Assembly (NCBI RefSeq): GCF_003704095.1
Contig: NW_020847417.1
Coordinates: 1-64,000 of the forward strand
DNA: 64,000 nt
Origin: Pocillopora damicornis
Taxonomy: Eukaryota
Direction: 5' to 3'
Shown: positions 30,972 to 44,900 of the stretch, piece after piece
Layout: every line of letters begins with the position of its first letter
Numbering within the stretch: position 1 is the stretch's first letter
The notes under the pieces: model-generated
The model's database searches: none
What the model saw: only the letters and a program-made list of their open reading frames with translations
Told to the model about the DNA's origin: nothing
Program-made: the position numbers and the translations under genes

Positions 30972-32945
30972 TTAATTTCTTCGCTGAATAACTCTTACCT
31001 TTTTCTGAATGCTCTTCGACCTCACTGACCGTTTTCGTTTCACAAGATCAGTCACATTCTTCTTTTCAACGATTTCACATTCCATGGCGAAGTTAGCTTC
31101 ATACATGGCAGACTTTCTATTAATTCGCCTTACGAAACTTTTCGACCTCATAGCCAATTCTTTACGTGCTAGGGAAGCCGCTTTCATCTCCTCCTGAAAC
31201 AACGCTAAGGCCAGCCAAGGTAAACAACGCCATGAAGAATATGAAAACCCATAATATTTCTTTCCTTTCAATACGTTGGTCTATGTACTGGAATGGGATG
31301 TAATCACCAAATCCAATTGTCGAAATTATGCTAAACCACGCATATATACCCCTGAAAAAGGTCCACTTTTCAATGTAAATTTCTACAAGGCTTCTAAGAA
31401 CGAGAAACAGAATCATTAACGCACATGTTCCAAGAAATGTTTTAAGTCTGATTCTGTGAACCTGTTTGACTCTGAATAACAATTTCTCTATTCCTAAAAT
31501 GAGCAACCGTATGCAATTGGCGATAATCTCACCCATTGTCTTCAGGGCCAGCATGCTTAATTGTATACCAACCAAAGCATAAAGCACGGTCAGCAGTTGG
31601 CCCAGGTCTGTGTCTGGAGTCATGTGACCATACCCTAATGACAAAAGAAAGCACTATCACGCAAAAGGACGAAAACATGCTGTTTACAAACAGCGTTGTT
31701 CAAGTATACCTGGAAAGCATTCCAAAGCAAATAATCGCATTACAAGAACAAATAAAATCTTTCCAGTCGGAATAGGTGTCACACGAGAACTTTCAGTCGC
31801 TCTATTCACTTTTAAAGATGAAGTAAATTTGCAGAAACGCAGCTTTAATTTCTAGTATACGCACCATACCGTTCAATTGTACCAATGATGTCATACTTTG
31901 TAATCAAAGCTCTTATCTCGATGATTATTTCGTTTTTGAATTATACTTTTTGTTATGGTGAATAAAAATTCTCCTTTAGGAAAATCCGTATTTCTAATAG
32001 GAACCTCACGATTCGATTCAACTTACTTATTGTCATTAAAATGGTAAATACGTAGAAGTAAGCAATGAAAAAAATCCCTTCCACTTTACTTCAAATTCAA
32101 GAAACTTCATGCATATTTTGTACAAAAACAGAAAATTCGGAACGTCAAGGCTAAGCACCCACGATAAAGTCCCCCTAGCAAGTCAAAAGAAAACTATCGA
32201 TAAGGTTTTGAGTTGTTGGCGTCTTTTCGACATATTTAGACAAACAAGCACAGAACATAGCGTAAGACGATCAAAAAAATGGCTCATTACGTACAAGAAG
32301 GAAACCATAGATTCAGTATTGTTAACAAAGAATGCTTCTCTATATGGAAAGTAAACCAAGAATTCTTCATCACGAAAACCTGACATCTAGAGCCTCAAGA
32401 CTTTCTAGATTTATGACTGAAGCGAATTTGCAGGAGCACAAGTTAGTGTTCCCTAGAATTCAGTAACTTCGGACGAATCGCCAACATCTGTTCAAAAGAA
32501 GTTATTTTGTGGTACCTTACAGCCTAATTGCGCTGCTAATATCATACTTCGTGGTCAATGCTAATGTCAAAGTCACTCTTCTCATTTCCATATCGAATCA
32601 AAAGGTTGTGTTTAGTAGGTACTTTTCCTCTATAAGTTTTGAAATCATGATTAACTCACCTATCGTTGTTAAGAGAGTAAACACGTAGGAGGAAGCAATT
32701 AAAAAAATCCATTCTACTTTCCAGCCAATTCTAACAGCTTCATAAGCATTTTGTACGAAGACGATGAATTCAGAATGATTCAAAGCCGGATATTTCTGGC
32801 GAAGTTCCCTTAACATGTCAACAGAAATCTCTTTGTAAGTTTTCGGTGTCTTTTTTACCTATTTAAACAGCCAGGCACCAAACATGGCGTAAGATGAAAG
32901 AAGGAAAATTCTCCAAAGAGCCTTGATGAGAAGTTCCCTTATCAT
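30972..32945 (-). pseudogene. K2P channel pseudogene K6
   Basis: Exon 1 32945-32660 (MIRELLIKALWR...) has an in-frame TAG at 32861-32859. Exon 2 starts at 31634 (G|YGHMTP, STIGFGDYIP) and has GIPL>GIQL plus a frameshifting deletion after VVSG near 31190. Confidence 0.82.
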
Positions 32946-34363
32946 GCTGAGAGCTTGTAAAATGAAAAGAGGATGCTCTCTTCATTTGCTTCGTTTTTGC
33001 TGTTGTCATGTTAATTGGTTTCGACGGCTCTTTGTCATTAGAGGGAATGTGCGATTCAGAGTCTAAGCATATCGTCCATATCATACGATACGTAAATTGT
33101 TCGGTATTATCTCGTGAAAAGAATTCCGACCAAAAATGTGAGCTGAAATAAATAGTTTCCAAAGTCTTTACATCGAGATCATCCAGTGCGTCTTTACTAG
33201 TGTTCCAAAATATACCCACACTAACCATCTACCAGTCGAAAAAAAGCCTATGCTCGCTTAGCCATCGGAGTTTAAAGAGAATCGGCAATGGAGCCTAGCA
33301 AATCAACTTGGCGCGGATATCCTACATCAAAATGGTTCTTAACAGTCTTCAGAGGTTTAGTATCGCTCTCTCACAAACATTATATGATATGTATGATTAA
33401 ATATTGGCCGATAATAATTTGGTACCTTATGCAGCATGGTTTTGCCGTGTTTGCAGTTTATGCCTTGGTCTATTGACATTTTCAAACTTCTTTCTAAAGA
33501 TATTCCAGTGTCGCCGAAAAAAGGAAAAATTTCTTTGAACTTATGTCCGAGTGCTCTTTCTTTGTTGGAGATTTATGCCAGGATCGTCCTCTTGGTTGGC
33601 TTTGCTATAACCTTACCGAAGATCTAAGCTGAACCTCTCTATAGCACGTTGTTTGTTCAGCTTGCACGGAAGATAATAAACCGAATGGAAATTTGGTAAA
33701 AATGATAAATTTCACTTGAATAGCCCGGCCCGCTTTTATGCAAATGTAAGTAAAGGGGGGGGGGGGGGGGGGGGGGGNNNNNNNNNNTGTTATGGCAATC
33801 ATTGGAAAAACAGGTGGGACTATAGGTGCCTCGCTCTGAAGTATTCGGGACAGCCACTTTAATTTCATCACTATAACTGATTCCTCAGTGTCGAACGATT
33901 TTTTTTTAACTCTCCCTACGTATTCCGCACCTCCGTTTCGAGAACTACAAAAAAAGAAAGAAGAAAGGTCACCGTGCTTGCTAAATAGAAATAGTGGGCC
34001 AATCTTATATGAGACACTTTTTCCATACCAGAGTAGCTTTCTCTCAGTCTAGCTTTCCAGACAGTCTGTCTTTGCCGACAACAGCAGCTATTTTCCCCAG
34101 GTGACCGAGTTTTATATTTCCATTTACAACGTATTCTAAACCATCCCGGAAGGCTACAACACAACTATTCTAGAAGAATAATCATATTTATATAAACTAA
34201 TAAAACGTTCAAGCAAAATTCCATGGTGTGACATCAGAAAATTCGAGTATCCAAGTCACCGTGACCGGGCGTTCTAGAAATTCAAAGAAATTACTGTTTT
34301 ACAGTCATTTCCCAAATCATACATCATGATGCTTAGAGTGTAAGAAATACGAACTAGAAAAGC

Positions 34364-35889
34364 TTAAACAGAAGCAGATCGTGGCCTTATGTTGCCCTCC
34401 TTATACTTCGCTTCTCTGTAGCTCTCCAATAAAACTCGTCTAAGGATCAATTCTTCTTGGCGACCTTGACAGGTCCTCTTTTTGTTCTTGACATTTTTGT
34501 AGCAAGCCGTAAGGTGAAATCGGAACTCTGCGAGCGCTTCAACGAGTGAATTTAGTAGACCAGAAACTACTGAGAGAGCCGCCAGACTTGGCAAAGATAG
34601 CGAGTAAAGAAGAAACCAGAGGCCATTCAGAGAGTTTCCCTTTCCCTTCAGCAAATTCCACATGGGAACATAGTCACCATACCCAATGGTAGAAAGTGTA
34701 GCAAACCATGCGTACAGGCCTTCGGTAAAAGTCCAGCCCTCCACATACTTTTGTGTGAGTCCACCAGCACATAATGTCAAAAACATCAGAATTGACGTCA
34801 AGAAAAAACTTTTCAATTTTATGTTTGTGGGTCTCTCTCTGCAAAGCACTCTTTTCTCTATTACGCATACGATTCTGTGAACAATCCTTGAGACTATCTC
34901 TCCAAACGTTTTCAAGGTGAGCAGTGATATTGGAAGCCCAAAAAGACAGTAAAGTATAGTGAGTAATTGACCGAGTGACGTTTCTGGAGTAATATGGCCA
35001 TATCCTGGAATCAAAGATAAAAAAAAAAATTAATAAAAACATGACTCAGCACAATTGGACGAATTGATGGACTGACTTTCTGCTCCTACCTCTTACTGTC
35101 AACAATAGAGTTAATTTTCTTTTCTATCTTTCAGCGAGACAAAAAAATGTTATGATATGCAGGACTTCAAGACTGCAGCTTGAAAATTATGCAGTATGAT
35201 ATATTGCCCCTCTTAAGTGCGGCAAAAAGGGAAAAGTTTTGGAGATATGTTAAGTTCTGGGTCATCATCAGCGAAGAAAGAAACGAAATTTAGTCAAAAT
35301 TAAAATTAATCTGTAAAATTACCCAATAGTTAACGGTCATGGTATAATTTCGATCGTTTCATGTAGATCGCAATGAACAAATGGAAGATCCCCCTCACCC
35401 CCCAATCCTCTCCCCCTCCAAGAAAAAGTTATAAAGAAGATCATTCTAACAGATTAATTTTTCTTTGGTAAATAACAGTGGGTCCATCGAGGCACCAAGA
35501 TAAAAGCTTCTTGGGAACATATATCGAAGATGGGGGAGTCATGCTACTTGTAACTAACGGAATTAAAGTCAGCATCTAGCCAGTAACCTACCAATTGTTG
35601 TCAAAGTTGTTATTGTGAAAGTCATACCAGTGAAAATACCCCAATCCGGTTTAGTTCCCACATGAACGGCATCAAACGCTTTCTGCACGAAGCGTCGAAA
35701 ATGACTTTCGTTAATTGAGATGTTGTACTTAACTGCGAATCCACGCTGAAGCTCCCTCAATAGCCTTGAAGACAATTCTTGGTTTCTTTCAGGCTTTCTT
35801 TCAATATAGTAAAATAAACAGCCCCCAAGGAACACGTAGACATATAGAAGAATTCCTCTCCAGAGACTTTTCTTGAGAAGTTCCTTCAT
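34364..35889 (-). CDS. K2P (TASK-like) potassium channel K7, 312 aa
   Basis: Exons 35889-35592 and 35004-34364; P1 TTIG|YGHITP, P2 STIGYGDYVP; ends RPRSASV*. Confidence 0.9.
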
Positions 35890-37068
35890 GGTTTTGTTGT
35901 TTGTAATGCTTCCTACTCATAAAACGGTAGAGAATCGTATTAAATGTATTTTATTGCCAAGTTAATTAATACCTTAACTAAGTCAACAAATATCAAAATG
36001 CAACCTCGTTGGAAACGTCAAAAGAATGCATTTGAAAATATACTCACCCCCGATTTGATATCTATCAAGAAACGTATTAATTTTATCCTCTCTTGCATTT
36101 ATCTGGTTGAGTTGAATAACAGGAAAAACATCGGTGAAATGGTAGGAATTTCATATCTTCTAAGTATAGGAGAATTCAACCTATGAGTGAAAAAAAGTTT
36201 ATCTCAATTTTTCTTTGACCTAGATCATTGTCATTTTATTAAATGTCAAATCAACATATCCCGTACTTACGCTTTGACACTCACGACATCAAAGCTTTGT
36301 AACCGAACGGTCTTTTATCCATTAAAACCGACCCCCTTGCATCTGTCACATTTAATGCATTCAAAGTGTTCATGAAAACCTTTTGTACATGTATTTTTAA
36401 AGAATCGAAATCGAAAGATATGTCAAATAAAATAAATATGCATCTTTTAGAAACTACACTCTTCACTTCAAATACTAACTTAGCTCCTTAGATAAACAGA
36501 TGCCCATGTTGTGGGCATCTGTCTCATTCCAGTTCATTTGTACTGTAACCAGGTAGATTTCATAGGAAGCAAGTCAGATATGTCCAATAATTTTTCGCGA
36601 CGTGTCAACTGCTTTCAACCTCAGTGACTTCATGATATTTTGAGAAACAGAAAGATTGACAAAGAAGGGGAAATATGGACAAAGATGGTTAAAGATCGAG
36701 AGGATTAGAAAGGATTGCGTTTAACGAGCTAAGAAATTTTCCGTAGGTCACAAGACGTAAAGGAATTATCTTAAACGAAATGCATCGAGCATGCCTTCAG
36801 TCTGTCGATCTCCTTTAAACGTAAAACACCAACGTATTTGAGTTGTAGTTAACATGTAAAGAAACACTTCCATATTTGAACCAGCATTCGTCGTCTGTTT
36901 AAGACCAAAACATGACCTTGGGCTAATCAAAGAAAGTTGTGGAAGATAAACGTTTGATAGACAGGATGTAATATCCTCACATGTCTGTCAAAAATGAATG
37001 TTGAGCCAATCGCTGAATTAGTGCTGCCAGACTACATGAGCAATAAACAAACAAAGAGGAATAACAAT

Positions 37069-37463
37069 AGGACCTGAAAAAGATTCAGGCTCCTACGGGA
37101 TTTGAACCCATGACCTCTGCGATACCGGTGCAGCGCTCTACCAACTGAGCTGACAAGCCGGTGCACTTCACCGCAATGCAAAAATACGAATTTCGTATAT
37201 CTATAATCATTATTCATCACTTGGATGGTTTATTTGGACCCAACACATTGACCAGCTCCCAGTTCGCTTGTTAAGCTCAGTTGGTAGAGCGCTGCACCGG
37301 TATCGCAAAGGTCAGGGGTTCAAATCCCGTACGGGTTTGAATTTTTTTTTCAGGTCCTGTTGTCAACTACTAGTTCAGTTGTGTTCTTGGCTGCAAGGAT
37401 CTCTTAAAATTTGTTTCTTCACCGCAGTGCAAATATATGAATTTCATATATCTAAAATCATTA
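37069..37463. repeat. tRNA-derived repeat: inverted partial copy plus a ~251-bp unit with terminal direct repeat
   Basis: Minus-strand tRNA-like copy 37069-37159; plus-strand unit 37166-37463 in which 37166-37212 is repeated at 37417-37463; same family as 20144-20376. Confidence 0.75.
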
Positions 37464-40355
37464 AAGAGGAATGAGTTGTTTCAAATGAAGTGTCTATCGC
37501 ACAGGATGCCTATTGTTCTCGTGATATTTATTTGCATTAACGAAAAATTACAGATCTGGGCCCAGTTGTAAAAAAGGCGAATGACGCTACCCAGCGGATA
37601 AATCGCTATCCGGCGTTATACAGCCTTCGAACAACCGGGGCTTATAATATTAGCAGCGAAGCGTAATCTGGAGAGCTTTGATCGGTCAAAGATTAGGAGG
37701 GCTTTCCTCCCCAGGGAACATTCCTTTAGCTCATTAACTGTTCAAGGCCGAGAAACAATAGCTTAGAAGGTTATTGTGCCTGCTATTGTTAGAAAAAATC
37801 ACACATTACGTGCATGTGTTGCAAGCTGGATGAGTGTTCGATTTTGAAACCATTCGATTTAGAAACCATTCGATTTATCTCTTTCTACGTAGTACTAAAC
37901 AAACACTTCGGCTCTGTCATTACCCGTTTAGGATTCGATTCTCACTGCAAAAATCCACCCGCACAATTTTTCTTTGATAGTAAGGACGTAATGAAATATA
38001 AAAGTCACTTTGACACTTGTTTCTTCGAAATGAGAAAAAAAAGTCACACACTGCGTTAAGTTGAACTCTCGTAGGGACAAAATGTACCGCCTTACAATTC
38101 GGTTTTCTCGTCTCTTGTGTGGGAGGCCAGGCTTACACCCCAGTTTCACCAAACTAACTTGCGGGTTTTCGAAGATTTCGACAAGACTGCGAAAGTCTCT
38201 AAATTGCTACAGGGCCTCTCCGTTCATTTTGAGATAAAAGAGTAAATCAGAGCCTCCGATCAAGGGTGAACAAACATGAAGAAAGGCGGGATTGGCCGGG
38301 GATTCTGGGAACTCTTAAGAGAACTCCCGATCAACCTGCTGCATTTCTTGGACGGAACACATCTCGATCATTGGCGTCAGGGAGAAAAGTTTCTCATAAA
38401 TGAGAACAAGGCTGTAGTTTGAGAAAACTTGCAATAGTGCGCACATAATAGTCTCAACAAAAGCCAATGAGAACGCAGTTGCCAACTGTTAGGTTACAAT
38501 TTACACAATTGTAAACCATAGCTTTGTACGTCCTTTTTTATTTACCAGTGTCAAACACTATTTACGCGGCATTGGCTAGTTTCGTTCCTCAAATGTCTTT
38601 ACACGAAAAAAAAACCTGTCGTTTTTATCTTTGATTCCTTTTTATAAAGTTGTTGTAAACCGTTTATTTTAGCTCCTCTTGATCAATGTCAGCCTATAAT
38701 TTCCCTTCTTCAAAAGCCATATGATAAAGTTGTGTGTTCAAAGTTATTTGAGTGAACACAAGAAAAACATGCACCCTTCTGATGACTTTCAGGCCATGTT
38801 CTCTCTTTGTGTCGTGGATGTGTCGCGGCATTCTAATGATTTTCATTAGTGAAATATTTGGGTCTTTCTTGTCACATATTCGTGCATCAGTCATTTTTCC
38901 AAGGATATAGGTCAGTAATGAATCATATGTGTCAATTATATTTATCTGTGTATTGAAATTAAGTAGTTCGCACCGCAGTGTGTAAAAAGGATGAAGTTTA
39001 ACCGTAACTTAAGCTGCACTAATTACTCACTGAATGGAATTGACACAAACTCCACACAAACGACTAGAGAACTCATCAACATTTTTTGTTTTAATTATCT
39101 TTAATGAGACGACTAATGCCCTAAAGGCCAACTGCATTAAGCGAGTCTTGGCTGTGCTCGTGGGGTGCGGGAAAAAGAGGACTCATAACGGCTGTAACTT
39201 ATACATTTTCATGATTTGCACCCACATTGCTAATTTAACTTGGCAATGAGGTGCTCTGATAAAAGCAAAAGAAAGAAAATCTGAGAAAAAGGTTTATTCT
39301 TATGCAAAGTTATTTTCAAAACTAATCGGTTTTTTTAGAGGGGACCAACCACCATTTAAATAGAAAAGATTACGAACTTCGTCCATTTTCGTGAGATTTT
39401 GTTCGCACATTGTCACGGCAGCTGTGTTTATGTGCCACCGATTGCCGCTAGAATATATTTAAACATCGAATAAAATGTCAATCGTGTTACGATTGCCCGA
39501 AGAACAACATTTATTACAATATGCTTCGAAAAGGAGTTTTCAAACTCTCATTCTCGTACACAAGTGTTTACAAACTTTAAATGTACCTGGAAACATTTTA
39601 TTTTGTTCTTATTCTAAAAGAAAGAAAGTCGCTTGAAGGATTTGCTCGAATATAACAGATAAGCGGGTTTTATTTTCAATATTGGCTAAAATTACGAGGA
39701 ATTTGTGGAATAAGCCCATTTGATGCGTCTAGTTTGCTACGTGGTTAATAATGAGAAAAAGTAAGTCACCACAATGGTTTTTCACTCACCTTATTTTTTA
39801 ACAGCCTGCTTAATCTTGTTGCCGCATTAGATGGACAAACAGCGTCTGATGGCACGTTTTCGGCACATTTAAGATGTCGGTATTATTCATATTAAGACCA
39901 AATGTTTGTATATGACTCATTGACACTTTGAATTATTCATCATAACCACCAGCTTATTCATTTGCATCGTCAAAGGTTTTTTAAAAGTTCTCTTAATTGC
40001 AACGTAGTGGAGAAGCAAGGAAAAGGTTTGAAAATTGTTAAGATTAGGTTCGTTCCAAGTTCAGTGACTTACGGATTACTATGAAGAATAAATTGGACTA
40101 ATTTGATTTACATTTAATTATTTTCATCACCATTCCTGATACTTTCGTATATTTTTTTTCTTTCTATTACTAAGTAATGTGGTAATTGCTATCATTTTTT
40201 TTTTGAAACAAACTAACGTGCAAAAATTGCCAAGCAATAAAAGACATTACCATGGAAAAGTCGGTAAAACAAGAGAAATACTAATCTCGATCGTTATAAA
40301 ACATTCTTGTTAAAAAAAACTGTATCCTAGTGCGTCTTAAAATGTATTTGGTCGA

Positions 40356-41998
40356 CTAAACAGTAGTCGATCTTTCGCTTTCGCTGCAAGCGTATAGGGA
40401 CTCGACTTTTCTGTGTTTTTCTTGTGTTGCACCACCTGCAGACTTTTTCTTCTTGCGTTTTCCTTTAGATTTCTCAGACTTTCTCCTTCTGCATGCAGGA
40501 CATCGAGAACAAACGTTACATTGTATTTTGAATTCATTATAAGCTTCAACAAGTGAATTAACCACACCTGAGACTACACAAAGTGTTGCCATACCGGGGA
40601 GGGATAGTGCTGTTATCAATATCCAAATGTCTGCTGCAGAGTCTTCGGCATTTTTCAATATTTTCCAACCAGGAACGTAGTCGCCGTATCCGATGGTGGA
40701 GAGTGAAGCAAACCATGCGTAGAAGCCTTCTATGAAAGTCCAACCTTCCAGGTATTTCCCTGCTAGAGCACCAATACATAACGTCAAAATCATCAGTGTG
40801 AAAGTTATGAAAAAGGTTTTTATCTTAACCTTCCGAGGTCTTATCCTAAAAAGTAATTTTGTCTCCACACGATAAACGATCTTATATACCATCTTGGCGA
40901 TTAGTTCTCCGATTGACTTCAAAGCCAGCGTTGATAATGGCAGTCCCACAATGCAATAAATGACGGTGAAAAATTGTCCAAGTTGTGTTTCAGGTGTTAT
41001 GTGTCCATAACCTGGATGTAAAGACAAAGAAAAAGTGGATGTGATTGGAAATAATGACGTCCACTTCGACCTTATAGAACTTGTGCAATCCGTTTTCTAC
41101 AGTTTCCTATTGTACCACAGCAGCCTAGCTGCTAGGGTATAATAGGACAAAATAATTTTTAAAAAATGAATAAAAGCTAAAAAAATCTCCCTCTAATATG
41201 TCGAGTATTTGCTCGTCTATCTTTGCGGAGGCTTACTCAATTACACTTTGAAAATTTGAATACATTAGGCACACGCGAGTGCTTAAGAGTTGAGTAACAA
41301 ATGTAAAAATCGCGTGCTATTAACCCATAAGAGTTAAAGCCGGTAAATTAAAGGCGTTTTATAGTAAAACACAAGTTTGTTGCATATTGTTATTTTGCGC
41401 CTAGATTTTTTGGCATCTGGTTGCAATTCTATTCACAAACAAATAGATATCACGTTGGAGTTAGTTCTCGCCAGGAGCCCATTGGACTCCTGGTTCTCGC
41501 TTTATCTTTTTTTCTGGCGTGTAGAACTAACACCCATAGGTGGCCTATGCGTCCTTCCTTGGACCAATAGTTGATATGCATATGGCTACTGCTATGCATA
41601 ATTTACGCAGCCAGTTGCTCTGCCACTATTATTACTTCAACCACAGCAACTTCTCCTACCACAAACACAACTTATTGAAATTCTTTATTACGTCACTTAC
41701 CAATTGTGGTTAATGACGTCATCGCAAATGAAGTACCGGTTAAAATTCCCCAATCTGCTTTGTTGCCATTTCTTACAATCTCGAAAGCTGTCTGCATAAA
41801 CCGTTCGAAATCACTCTCGTTCACGGATATATTAAATCTTTTTGTAAAGTTACGTTGGAGCTCGTGCCTAAGTCTTGTATAAGCAATCCTGCTCCTTTCA
41901 GGCTTGTACTCAATGACATAGAACATACATCCTCCAATAAAAGCATAGACGTATAGAAGAATAGTTCTATGAAGACTTCTCTTAACAAGCTCATTCAT
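40356..41998 (-). CDS. K2P (TASK-like) potassium channel K8, 317 aa
   Basis: Exons 41998-41701 and 41011-40356; P1 TTIG|YGHITP, P2 STIGYGDYVP; Cys- and Lys-rich tail ending RSTTV*. Confidence 0.9.
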
Positions 41999-44900
41999 CA
42001 GACTGTTTTGAACCTCTTTCACTAAAGTAGAACAAATGACAAGGTTAAATTTTTAATGAGGGCTATAGCATGTCAAAGATCAGTGCCGATTCCATTTTCG
42101 TCCACGAGTGAAAATAAATGTAGGAAAACTGAGAGGTAGATCGAGCAAGCTGATGTTGATATGTTCTGGTTAATATCTAGCTTACAGACTCATTGGGTAC
42201 ACACAGGTCATTACTTTCTCACCAAAATGGAAATCGCCGAAAAGTCTGGATAGCACTAGATATGTCACGAATTTAAGAAAACATACGACACTTCTAAAAA
42301 CATGTACAAAGTTGAATTTAAAGTGTATAACAAAATATAAATGTTATTGGAAAAAACAAACAATAGAAACAGAACAATGTTGCACTCTATGTTCTGATGA
42401 GTATTTTAGCAACGTAGATCACGCTTCCATAACTCTCCCACTTAAAATCGATAGGAGCAATCTACATATAATCATCAACTTTATCACGTTAATTTAAAAC
42501 TTTCCTTGCAATTGCATACATTGTTCTGTTTCTGAAGATGACAGAAGAACTGTCGAAACATGTTTCTAAAAATGTCGCATATTTTTTTTAAATTAAAATT
42601 AATTATTTTGATCGTTCGAAAAACAGGAGAATACGAGTTCAATCTACACCGGCAAAGAAAAAGAAACAAATCAAGACCATAATTTATGCTTTCTATTGTG
42701 TCCCCCAACTTTCCCATTTGTCGTCCATCAATTTTTTGCTTTTTGATGTCGGGAACACACTCGAAATACATTGGACAACAGATCTTTTTCGGATTTGGAA
42801 CAATTTTTACATACGAGCGGCAGAACCTGCGTTTGATAGCGCACTAAAAGTATGGATGAATTAAAATGAACCATTCATTACGTAGTCCATAATCGTAGCG
42901 AAATACAGTAACAAATATACGTATCATCGTTTTTCTCCGGAAAGATATAACTTCGATCCCTGTTTTACGAAATACTTACGTTCTTCAAACTCTTCTTCCT
43001 CAAATTTCTTTTTCTCTTTCTATGAAAAAGAGACGAAGACTGCAAAACAGACACCAATACTAAGTTCGCGATCGAGTTTGGATTAACTGAGGTTTATCTT
43101 TTGTCATAAGTCTTTTTTAACAAGTTCATCTTTACCCCTTCGTCTACATAAGTAAAAATGTAGTTCTGAACTGTCTTGCTATCAAACACAGTATATGTCT
43201 ACGGCCAGCAGACGTTGCTCACCAGTTAAGCAAGAATTAAGACTCCCTGTGAGTGTTGCAAATTTACATGTGTTTATCCAAAAGAGCCATGAAAGACAGA
43301 ATCAAGCGCAGTCTTCGGCAAAAATTACCTGTATCCTGTGGTGAGAAAAACAATCCCGGTGACCGAGTGGTTTGCTTGTATCGGGGTTTCTTTTTAGAGA
43401 ATTGATCGATGCTTCAATGCAGCCTATCAGACAATCGAGTAGGATCATCATATCTCATTAATTTCTACACAGACAGTTTTTATGCTTTGATTTTCTCGAT
43501 TGACTAAAAGTAGACCACTCGAGGCCTCTTCAAACGAGGTTAATAATCGAGCTGTCCTGGCAATTACGACTGTTTACCTTGGGGAAATATCAACCTTAAA
43601 GGTAGGCCAAGCCGAATTACTGGGCTAATTTTTCAGCGCGGATGACATTGTTATGGAAATTTTTAAGCTCGGGTACCGAGATGGGAGCAAGACGGCGCCA
43701 GCAATTCAAGTTTCCCCCGAGCAAAAGAGATAGCAGTCGCAGAAACCCATTTCTTTATATCAAAGGAAGTATTTTTGAAGTCAGCCTAGCTCGCACGGTT
43801 TGCGCAACGGTTGCGTTAAATAACTTATATGTACAGGTTCTGAGGTACTCGATTGCCACAGACCAATTAAAAATGATATACATTCTTAAATCTTTCTGAC
43901 TGTCTCTCAGACTTGAAATAAAAGCTGTAAACGCAATCCCCAAGTAGAAGAACGTTTCTATTTGTTCTGCGGTTGGTAAAAAGCGTGTTCACAGGTGTGA
44001 GAGACCTTCAGTTTGAGCCGGAATAACCATCATCAACATTTGATTAACAGCCCTTTTGTTTTTCCACCTGCCGTGGAAAACCTCAAAAAATCCCTGCGAC
44101 GAACATTATAGAAAAAAACATTGGCCTCTAGCCATCATACTAATGTGTTCCTTCGTTTATCTCCAATTTAACAGTACCCTTGTCTTCACAAAAATTGATT
44201 ATTCCTTGTATTATAATCACAAATTAGCGAAGAAGAACGCCGAGCGACGAGTTTCCTGCTAAATGATTTTCGCATAACTTTATCCAAGAATCTGTACCAT
44301 GGATACAGCTTTCGTTTGAAATTTGCAATGATTATTCGGCAGTGTATTTATTGCTAAATACGAGTTAAAAATTTTAGGAAAAAAACGGAAAGTGTTAATA
44401 ACATTCGCTCGATTGAATTTGCCAGTCCTTTTAATGAATTCATGCGCAATACAAGGCCCATCACCTGAGAGGCAATAACTGCAGTAAATTTTTGTAATCT
44501 TCGTCGACAAACACATACCTGAATTTTAAATCGGTATTAATCCAGAAACCACTTGTTTAGTCCAAAAGCGAATGTTAAAGGCTGTTCCTGTTTACTTCTT
44601 CTCGAATTTATGCAACAACCTGTTCGTGTCACGCTATCAAAGATGACATTCGTTAAGAGTCGCTAATATTCACGAATCGTTCAAACATTACTTCAATTGA
44701 ATGCGGCAGTTAAATTATTCATCAAACCCACTAATGTTTTTAATTGCAGTGCCACTAGTTCTTTGTTTATCTATGGTTTGTTCACGTAATTATCGTTATG
44801 GTAAAATTGCGAACCAAACTTACAAACTTCCAGTTTCATTTTACGGGGATATTTGCCACGGATTTGTCTCATGTTGTTTTTTTCATTACCTGTTGAATAT

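Noticed and set aside
32859-32861. Stop-codon readthrough or recoding in K6 exon 1
   Set aside because: Exon 2 independently has a frameshifting deletion and a conserved Pro-to-Gln change, so pseudogenisation is the simpler explanation.
12823-34880. Antisense ORFs overlapping K2P exons
   Set aside because: Shadow frames of the channel coding exons with no recognisable motifs.
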